From the NCBI GenBank assembly GCA_965214705.1, contig CBDCCI010000002.1, forward strand, positions 512,001 through 576,000: 64,000 nucleotides of DNA, read 5' to 3'. The notes under the pieces are model-generated. The model did no database searches. It had not been told where the DNA came from and saw only the letters and a list, made by a program, of their open reading frames with translations. Positions 55,740 to 64,000 of this stretch are shown piece after piece. Both the position numbers and the translations under genes were made by a program. How positions within the stretch are numbered: position 1 is the stretch's first letter; each line of letters begins with the position of its first letter. The stretch comes from Alphaproteobacteria bacterium (GTDB lineage: Bacteria; Pseudomonadota; Alphaproteobacteria; UBA828).

Positions 55740-57899
55740 CCCAAGTTGGCACTTTTTCCGACCAGCCGAGCCTGTTCGAGCCAGTTTTGCGGCGCTGAAC
55801 CACTAGATGTTGGGGTTGGAGGACACCTGAGACCCACATTTGCCATTCGTGGTCCTGGAAGCCAATTGTGGGGCCAGGACTTTGGAGTTGAGTCGATATC
55901 CCTCTTGCCAGATGCCGCGAACGCCGTGTATGCGAAACAGGCATCGCAGAAACGGCGCCGCCATGTACATCAAGGCAACCAGGACACACACCGACAAGGC
56001 CGGCCAGCCGGTCCGAAGCCATCGCCTCGTGCTCGCCCAGCGCGTCGGCGACAAGGTGCGCCACAGGACGCTGCTCAATCTCGGCACCGACTATCCGGTG
56101 CCGCGCGAGAAGTGGAAGGCCGTCACCGAACTCGCCGAGGCGCTGCTTCACGGCAAGCCGCCGCTGTTCGAGGGCGAGGCGGATGTGCGGGCCGCAGCCG
56201 AGGACATCGTCGCCAAGCTCAGGGCCAGGGGGTTCCGCGTCGAGGCGATGCAGGAAGAGGCGCGCAAGCCCGACATCGCCACCGTCGACCTCGATACCCT
56301 GGAGCACGAGAACCCGCGCACGGTCGGCTGCGAGCGCCTGTGCCTCAAGGCCCTCGACGCCCTCGGCTTCGCCGAAATCCTCCACGGCCTCGACATCAAG
56401 GGCCGCGACGGGCGCATCGCCAGCGCGCTGATCGTCGCCAGGATGGTCCATCCCGCCAGCGAGCGTGATACCAGCCGCTGGCTCCGCCACGACAGCGCGG
56501 CCGCCGAGCTCCTGGGCCTGGAGGGCGACCGCAAGGCGCTGCGGCGCAAGACGCTCTACCGCATCGGCGACCTGCTCTGGCGCCACCGCGCCGCCATCCA
56601 GCGGGAGCTGTTCAACCGTGAGCGCGCACTGCTCGACCTGCCCGAGACGATCGCCTTCTACGATCTCACCAACGTCCACTACCACGGCCACACGGGCGGC
56701 GAGCTTCCCAGGTTCGGGCGCTCCAAGCAGAAGCGCGACGACTGTCCCCTCATCACGCTGGCGCTGGCGCTCGACGGCGCGGGCTTCCCGCGCAGTTGCG
56801 AGATCCTGCCGGGCAACGTGAGCGAGCCGGGCACGCTGCACGAGGCGCTGGCGCGGCTCGAGGCGGTGTGCGGCGGCACGGCGCCGAAGCCCACGGTGGT
56901 CATGGACGCGGGCATCGCCACCGAGAAAAACATCGCGTGGCTGGGCGAGCAGGGCTACGACTGGATCGCGGTCAGCCGCGGTGCCAGGCCTGCGCCGCCC
57001 GAGGGCGGACCCGAGGCCCTGCTGATCACCAGCGCGCGCCACGAGGTGCGGGCCTGGCGGCTTGCCAGCGAGGACGGCGAGGCGCGGCTCTACGTCGTCA
57101 GCGAGGGCAAGAAGAAGGCCGAGAACGCGATCATCGGCCTGAGGCGGAACCGCTTCGAGGCGGCGCTGGAAAGGCTCCACGGCGGCCTTGCGGTCAAGGG
57201 CCGCCTCAAGCGCTACGACAAGGTGCTGGAGAGCATAGGCCGCCTCAAGCAGCGCTTCTCCGCCGTCGCCAGGCACTACGAGATCACGGTCGAGAGGGCG
57301 AAAACCGGCCCCAATGCCACCGCCGTGCGCTTCAAGCGCAGGCCGCGATACGACGAGGCCGATGAGGGCGCCGGTGCCTATGTGCTGCGCACCAGCCACG
57401 TCGACTGGGACATCGAGACGGTCCTGCGGACGTACTGGCGGATCACGGATATCGAGGCGACATTCCGGAGCCTGAAATCCGAGCTCGGCCTTCGCCCGAT
57501 CTGGCACCAGCTCGACCGGCGCATCGCGGCCCACCTGCTGATCGCCGTGCTGGCCTACCACGCCGTGCATCTGATCCGTACCCGGCTGGCCGCGCGCGGC
57601 ATCCACAAGTGCTGGGCGTCGATCCGCGAGAGCATGCGGACCTGGGTGCGGATCACCACGCGCCTGCGCCAGACCGACGGCACCTTGATCGTCAACCGCC
57701 AGGACACGCGCCCGGCCGCCGAGGTTGCCGCAATCTCCTCGGCGGCGGGCGTGGACCCCGCCATCCACCGCACGAGGACCCGTCTGATGAGCTGACAGAA
57801 TCTCACAAAATGTGGGGCCATGTTGGAATCGACCGAGAAAAATATCGCGTTGAATCAAACCAATAGGGAACACAGGCAGCGGAAAAGTGCCAACTTGGG
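55740..57899 (+). mobile_element. IS1634-family element; transposase 55963-57795
   Basis: IR cccaagttggcactttt; 4-bp duplication tctg; FYDLTN, VMDAGI, IEATFRSLKSELGLRPIWHQ. Confidence 0.92.
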
Positions 57900-57937
57900 T
57901 CTGGAACATCCTGATGTTCCAGGCATGGCTGGAACGT

Positions 57938-59269
57938 TCACCCGCTGCCGAGCGCGGCGCGGAATGCCCGCCAGGCGGAGACCGCGTCGCCGGGTCGCGG
58001 CAGCCAGATTGAGAGCCAGCCCATTCCAGTCGCTCTTCCGAACGCCGCCGCGAGAAGGAGGAATCGGCAGCTCATGCCGAGGGTCAGCCCCCAGGCCGCG
58101 GCTTCGACGCCGACCGCCGGATAGAGCGCGGGAATCGCAATGAGGTTCGCTACCAAGCCCAAGGAGACAGCCCAGGAAACGACGCCCGGACGGTCGATGG
58201 CCTTGAAATAGGTTCCAAGTATGCCGGCGCAGGCGTTGGCGAGCACTCCGGGGGCGACGATCCACAGCAGCGGGACCGCCGGCAGGAAGGCCTCCGAGAA
58301 CAGGATCCGGACCAGCGGCTCGCTTACCGCCAGCACGGCGAGACTCGCGACCGCGGTGCCGCACAAGACGACGCGCAGGCAGAGCGTCGTCAGTTCCGGG
58401 CGGCCGCTGCCGGCGATGCGGGGCAGCAGCGCGTTGCCGACCGCGTCCGAGATCATTTTCAGCCGGAACACGAGAGCGCTCGCGGTTGCGAACAGGCCGA
58501 TTTCCGTCTGGCTTGCGAACAGCCCGAGAATGAGAACCCCCGCGCTCATCTCCAGCGCGCCGCCTAGGCCCGCGGGATGGAACCGCAGGCCATAGCCGAC
58601 GATACGCGCGGAAGGGGCGTGGAACGGATTGGCCAGAACCAGCCCGTGACGTCGCCGCAGGAGCCGCGCGCACAAGGCTATCGTGCAGCCATGCGCGGCA
58701 ATGACCGCCGCGACGGCGCCGTCCACCCCCAGCCGCCCGGCCCAGAGGAGGACCAGCAGAATGAGGATGTTCACGGCGACATGCAGCAGGGAGAACGCCG
58801 CGAGATGTCCGAAGCGCCGTAGCGCGGCGAGTTGGCGCTCCATGGCCATTGAGAACGCCATGACGGGAACCAGGGCGAGCGCCACGTAGAACGAGCGCGT
58901 CTCGGCCTGCTGGAAGAACGTCATCTCGCTGTGGACGAACGGAGCCGCCAGTGCGATCGCGAAGACCCCGCCGGCGAGGCAGATCGCCAAGGCGGCGCAG
59001 ACGCCTTCCGAGACGGTCGCCTGATTCGTCATGACAAAATATTGCGCGCCTTCTCGCGCCCCCGGCGTGAAGAGCACGCCGAGAACACCTGCGAACACCA
59101 CGCACAGGGCGAAGCTGCCTCGTCCTTCCGGCAACAGCGTGTAGGCCAGAATACTCTGGATCGCGAGGCCGAAGATGACCTTGCCGACACCGGTCGCGAA
59201 CACGATGGCTGTGTCCCGTCCGCCGCTCGTGCGCGGATCGGGCGGCCTGTCCGGCTCTTGCGGCGTCAT
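57938..59269 (-). CDS. wzx: Polysaccharide flippase (Wzx/MOP family)
   Basis: Many TM helices; LLPEGRG, EIGLFATA, ILFSEAFLPAVP; context among GTs. Confidence 0.8.
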   Translation of the reverse strand: MTPQEPDRPPDPRTSGGRDTAIVFATGVGKVIFGLAIQSILAYTLLPEGRGSFALCVVFAGVLGVLFTPGAREGAQYFVMTNQATVSEGVCAALAICLAGGVFAIALAAPFVHSEMTFFQQAETRSFYVALALVPVMAFSMAMERQLAALRRFGHLAAFSLLHVAVNILILLVLLWAGRLGVDGAVAAVIAAHGCTIALCARLLRRRHGLVLANPFHAPSARIVGYGLRFHPAGLGGALEMSAGVLILGLFASQTEIGLFATASALVFRLKMISDAVGNALLPRIAGSGRPELTTLCLRVVLCGTAVASLAVLAVSEPLVRILFSEAFLPAVPLLWIVAPGVLANACAGILGTYFKAIDRPGVVSWAVSLGLVANLIAIPALYPAVGVEAAAWGLTLGMSCRFLLLAAAFGRATGMGWLSIWLPRPGDAVSAWRAFRAALGSG

Positions 59270-59282
59270 GGCTTCGACAGCA

Positions 59283-60533
59283 CTATCGCCTCGCCAGCTT
59301 CCGGAACAGCGCGACGTAGGCCTCGGCGGCCTTTTCGGGGGAGAAGTCGGCGGCGCGGCGCGTAAGCGCTTCCTCCGTCGGGTGAGCGCCGCGCAGCGTC
59401 TCGACCAGTGCCCGCGCCAGCGCCGGCGCGTCGCCCACCGGCGGCAACTCGCCCCAATCCCCAAGGATCTCGCGCGGACCGTAGGGCGTGTCGGTGCTGA
59501 CCACCGGCGTGCCGCAGGCCAGTGCCTCGATGACCACGGTCGGCAGACCCTCCCAGCGCGAGGACAGCGCGAGCAGCCTCGCCCGCCGCATGTAGCGGAA
59601 CGGGTTCTCGTCGAAGTCCACGAAGCCGAGGTCTTCCTCCGCGCCATGGCCCCTCGCCAGGGACTTGAGCCTTTGCCGGTAGGGGGCCGAGAGCTTGCCG
59701 AGGATAACCAGCCGCGCGTTCACCTCGCGCCGCGCCAAACCGAACGCCTCCACCAAGGTGGGGTGGTCCTTCTGCCGCGCCTCACGCCCGACGCTCAGGA
59801 TCACCGGCGGCTCGCCGTCCGCGAACCACGGATGCGTGACTTCCTCCCGCGCCAGGCGCCATATGCTGTCGGCAGGGATGGGGTTGTAGATAGCGTGGAC
59901 ACGACCGGCGTCCACGCCCACGAACCGCCGCACGGACTCCGCCACGCCCCTGGACACCGATACCACGGCGTCGGCCAGCGGATAGAGCGTCCGGGCCGCC
60001 GCCCGCCAATGCGGCGCATAGCCGGCGGCAACATTGTTGCGCACTGTGATCACCGTCGGGACGGCCCGGCCCGTCAGTTCGGCGGCGCAGACCGCAATGG
60101 CGTTGGGGCCCATATTCGCCGACACCAGCACATCGGGACGTTCCTCGCGAAGGTAGCGGGCCAGAACATGGGCGTAGGGATAGACGGAGCGCATGCCGCT
60201 GCCGCGTATGACCGGTATGCCGGGATGCTTCCGGGCGAGAGCCAGCCAGTCGCGCGCGGCGCCGACGGGGTTGACGGTCATTGCTTCCACCTCGATTCCT
60301 GCCCGCTGAAGCTCCCGCAAATACGCCCTGTCTGTGCCGGGAACCCGCGCCCGCCAGACACGCATTCCACCGGGTATCGCCGCCAGGTAGTCTCCTGCGA
60401 ACCGGGGGATCACCAAGTCCACCCGATATCCTCGTTCGATGAGTGACCGCGCCAAGCGGAGAATGTTGCGCTCCGCTCCGCCGCCGGCCAGACTGGTCAG
60501 CAGGAAGCAGACATGGAGTTTGACCGACCTCAC
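59283..60533 (-). CDS. GT4 glycosyltransferase (tandem array member)
   Basis: SLAGGGAER, SSRWEGLPTVVIEALACG; GTG start overlapping the upstream TGA. Confidence 0.9.
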   Translation of the reverse strand: MRSVKLHVCFLLTSLAGGGAERNILRLARSLIERGYRVDLVIPRFAGDYLAAIPGGMRVWRARVPGTDRAYLRELQRAGIEVEAMTVNPVGAARDWLALARKHPGIPVIRGSGMRSVYPYAHVLARYLREERPDVLVSANMGPNAIAVCAAELTGRAVPTVITVRNNVAAGYAPHWRAAARTLYPLADAVVSVSRGVAESVRRFVGVDAGRVHAIYNPIPADSIWRLAREEVTHPWFADGEPPVILSVGREARQKDHPTLVEAFGLARREVNARLVILGKLSAPYRQRLKSLARGHGAEEDLGFVDFDENPFRYMRRARLLALSSRWEGLPTVVIEALACGTPVVSTDTPYGPREILGDWGELPPVGDAPALARALVETLRGAHPTEEALTRRAADFSPEKAAEAYVALFRKLARR

Positions 60534-63454
60534 CGCGCGCGTTCCCTCACCAACTCCTCGAACAGCGCGACGTAGGCCTCGGCGGCTTTTTCGGGGGAGA
60601 AGTCGGCGGCGCGGCGCGTAAGCGCTTCCTCCGTCGGGTGAGCGCCGCGCAGCGTCCCGACCAGCGCCCGCGCCAGCGCCGGCGCGTCGCCCACCGGCGG
60701 CAGATCGCCCCAACCCCCAAGGATCTCGCGCGGGCCGTAGGGCGTGTCGGTGCTGACCACCGGCGTGCCGCAGGCCAGTGCCTCGATGACCACCGTCGGC
60801 AGACCCTCCCAGCGCGAGGAGAGCGCGAGCAGCGCCGCCCGCCGCATGTAGCGGAACGGGTTCTCGTCGAAGTCCACGAAGCCGAGGTCTCCCTCCACGT
60901 CATGGCCCCGCGCCAGGGACTTGAGCCTTGCCCGGTAGGGTGCCGAGAGCCGGCCGAGGATGACCAGTCGCGCGTTCGCCTCCCGCCTCGCCAGCCCGAA
61001 CGCTTCCACCAGGGTGGGGTAGTCCTTTTGTAACTGCCCAGGTCGCTTACTGAGGTGATTCCGGTGTTGGGGAGTTCTTGCCCGGTAGGCTCACGCGCAC
61101 TTGACGGTGGCGATGAGTTGGTCCGATGGGCTGATCAGGGCTTCGATGATGTTCCAGCCCTGCTTTCTGGCGGTGGTGATCACGCTGCGCAGGATGGCGA
61201 AGTTCTCGGCCCCCTTTGCGGATCGGAAGCCGCCGGAGATCTTCTGGCGCAGCTTCATCATCCGCAGGTCGCGCTCGGCCTCGTTGTTGGTAAACGCCAC
61301 TTCGGGGTCGGTCAGGAAGCGGAGAACCGCGCATTTTCGATCGCGCAGGCGCAGGGCGAGGTTGTGGCCGATCCGCCGCTTCTTGCGTCCCCGCTTTCCG
61401 GGCTTGGGAGGCGAGAGCGGCGGCTGGCTCTCGTGGAAGGCCAGCGCCTCGGCAATGATCTCGTCGTATCGGCGCTCGATCAGCGCCACAAGCGTCGCCG
61501 GAACGGCGATATCCTTGTCCTGCGCGATCCGGGCGGCGCGATTGGCCCGGCGCAGGAGCTGCTGCATGCGTCCGGCCCAGCCTTCCCCTTCGATGTCCAC
61601 CAGCGCCTGCAACTCCCGCAGGTGGTGGGCGTTGCACAAGCCGTGCTCCACCCCCTCCAACGTGAAGTACGGCTTCCAGTGATCGTGAACGACGATACCG
61701 GAAACACCCAAGAGCAGGTCGCCGCGCTTGGCGCTGACCCGGAATGCCGCCAGATGCGGCGTGCAGATCACATGGAGCCACTGCGTTTGCCCGCCAATCC
61801 GGAACCCGGTCTCGTCGAGGTGCTTCACCCGCGCCGTGCCCGCCGCAAGCTCCTGTATGTGGGTGGCAACTCCCCGCAGCCGATCGGCCGCCCTCTCGCT
61901 CATCGCCGCCAGTGTCGCAGCCGTCACCGGCGCGCCGAACAGCTCCGCCATCACCTGCGACAGCCGGTCCTCCGGCAGGAAGTGGGCGTGCTGAAGGTAG
62001 ACCGCCACGCCTGCAATGCGCGACCCGTACTGCACCGGTGCCGACACCCCCTCGGGGAACGCTGCACGGGTCAGCGTGCCGCAATGCCCGCAGCACTTGG
62101 CATGCGCCCGGTGCTCGGTCACCTCCAGCGCACGCGCCTCGGGCAGGTCGAAGACCTGGCGGGCGTGCGACACCCCTGCCGTGGCCGCCGCCGACAGGGA
62201 CGAACCGCATCCCTCGCAGGCAGCCGGAACGTGGTTCTCCACCCGGTCCGGGTGATCCGTGCGGCGCAACGTCTCGCCCTTGTGGCCGGGCTGACCGCCC
62301 GGCTTGCGCCCCGATTTGCCCCGCTGGCTTTGGGTCCGCCGCTTGGCCCTCGGCTTCTTCAACCCATCGCTCGACGGCGGCTTGGCGCTGTTGCGACTGC
62401 TCAGTCCGAGACGGCGTTCCAACTCCTCGATACGCTCGACAAGACGCGTGTTTTGTTCCTCCAGCCGCGCATTCTGCTGCCGAAGCCAGGCGTTCTCCTC
62501 CTCCAGGCGAGCGATCTTCTGCTCGGAACTTTCGGGCCGTGCCCCCGTTGAAGGGCCGCGCGGCGACTCGGGATTGCTCATGTCGTTGTTGAGTCATTTT
62601 CCGAAACTTCCGTCAACCCCCTCGTGTCAACTCCAAACTGGCCGTGCCTCAACCCCAAGGTTCAAAATGACAAATCAGACAACCTGGGCAGTTACGTCCT
62701 TTTGGGCCGCCTCGCGCCCGACGCTCAGAATCACCGGCGGCTTGCCGTCCGCGAACCACGGATGCGTGACTTCTTCCTGCGCCAACCGGCGTATGCTGTC
62801 GGCGGGTACGCCGGTGTAGATGGTGCGAACGCGCGCGGTGTCCACCCCCAACGATCGCCGTACGGAGTCGCCCACGCCTCTGGACACCGCCACCACCGCG
62901 TCGGCCAGCGGATAGAGCGTCCGAGCAGCGGCCAGCCACTCCGGCGTATAGTCGGCGACGACGTTGGTGCGCACCGTGACCACCACCGGAACGGCCCGGT
63001 CCGTCAGCTCCGCGGCGCAGACCGCGGCGGTGTCGGCGCCCGGCAGCGCCGACACCAGCACATCAGGGCGCGCCTCACGAACGTACGTCGCGATCATGTA
63101 TGCATACGCATAGACGCGGTGACGACTTCGAACGGGTAGGTTGAAGTCTTTCCCGGCGAGAGCCAGCCAAGTGCGGGCGACACCGATGGGGTTGACGGTC
63201 GTCGCTTCCACCTCGACTCCCGCCTGCTGCACCTCCCGCAGCAGCTTCCTGTCGGTGCCGGGAAGCCGCGCCCGATAAACGCGCATTCCGCTGGGGACCG
63301 CGGCCCGGTAGTCTCCCGCGAATTTGGGGATCACCAGATCCGCCCGATGTCCGCGCTCGATGAGCGACCGCGCCAAGCGGAGAATATTGCGCTCCGCCCC
63401 GCCGGCGTTCAGGCTGGTGAGCATGAAGCCGACATGGAGTTTACCCGATCTCAC
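60530..63454 (-). pseudogene. GT4 glycosyltransferase split by IS66-type element
   Basis: SVGREAAQKD | YPTLVEAF restored after removing the IS. Confidence 0.9.
61030..62695 (-). mobile_element. Single-ORF IS66 (ISBst12-like); transposase 61091-62581
   Basis: IR gtaactgcccaggt; TSD gtcctttt; NSAKPPSSD, HLDETG, CNAHHLREL, NNEAERDLR. Confidence 0.92.
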
Positions 63455-64000
63455 CGCGCGCGTTCCCTCACCAACTCCTCGAACAGCGCGACGTAGGCCT
63501 CGGCGGCCTTTTCGGGGGAGAAGTCGGCGGCGCGGCGCGTAAGCGCTTCCTCCGTCGGGTGAGCGCCGCGCAGCGTCTCGACCAGTGCCCGCGCCAGCGC
63601 CGGCGCGTCGCCCACCGGCGGCAACTCGCCCCAATCCCCAAGGATCTCGCGCGGACCGTAGGGCGTGTCGGTGCTGACCACCGGCGTGCCGCAGGCCAGT
63701 GCCTCGATGACCACGGTCGGCAGACCCTCCCAGCGCGAGGACAGCGCGAGCAGCCTCGCCCGCCGCATGTAGCGGAACGGGTTCTCGTCGAAGTCCACGA
63801 AGCCGAGGTCTTCCTCCGCGCCATGGCCCCTCGCCAGGGACTTGAGCCTTTGCCGGTAGGGGGCCGAGAGCTTGCCGAGGATAACCAGCCGCGCGTTCAC
63901 TTCGCGCCGCGCCAGCCCGAACGCCTCCACTAGCGTGGGGTGGTCCTTCTGCCGCGCCTCACGGCCGACGCTCAGGATAACCGGCGGCTCGCCGTCCGCG
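63451..64000 (-). CDS. GT4 glycosyltransferase C-terminal half (runs off window)
   Basis: Near-identical to the 3' half of 59283-60533. Confidence 0.88.
   Translation of the reverse strand, partial: ADGEPPVILSVGREARQKDHPTLVEAFGLARREVNARLVILGKLSAPYRQRLKSLARGHGAEEDLGFVDFDENPFRYMRRARLLALSSRWEGLPTVVIEALACGTPVVSTDTPYGPREILGDWGELPPVGDAPALARALVETLRGAHPTEEALTRRAADFSPEKAAEAYVALFEELVRERAR

Larger units (their letters stand above)
50487..58012 (+). pseudogene. asnB: Asparagine synthase-like amidotransferase interrupted by three elements
   Basis: MCGIAG, HRGPDD, FNGEIYN | FLSGGIDSS, LSGNGGDELFGGY | SLETRAPLLDH, PKAGF | LWNILMFQAW. Confidence 0.92.

Noticed and set aside
55369-57909. 846-aa minus-strand ORF and other long shadow ORFs (12019, 24626, 38586, 61055)
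   Set aside because: Antisense or alternative-frame artefacts of high GC, or chimeras across IS junctions; no independent motifs

Overview
High-GC bacterial window. It holds two paralogous, decaying copies of a surface-polysaccharide locus (GT2/GT4 glycosyltransferases, asnB-type amidotransferase, Wzx flippase, O-antigen ligase and sugar-nucleotide gene remnants) broken up by more than 20 often nested mobile elements. These are IS4 x3, IS66 x4, IS110/IS1111 x3, ISAs1, IS21, IS630, IS1634 x2, IS3 remnants, two large DDE-like transposons lacking their own stop codon, a MobF relaxase remnant and several Arm-type integrases. Many ends and target duplications can be read directly. The most notable system is a two-gene element (XerD/IntI-like tyrosine recombinase + IS91-type Y2 HUH transposase), present as three variants plus one partial duplicate. 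Its ends share an unusual design: an ori-like motif, a subterminal inverted copy of the 5' end, and a terminal hairpin. On circularisation these would fold into an attC-like stem-loop. The IS1111 elements carry conserved 3' non-coding regions with a 7-mer that covaries with each element's own circle junction (bridge/seekRNA-like). All family calls come from motif recognition by eye; no searches were run.
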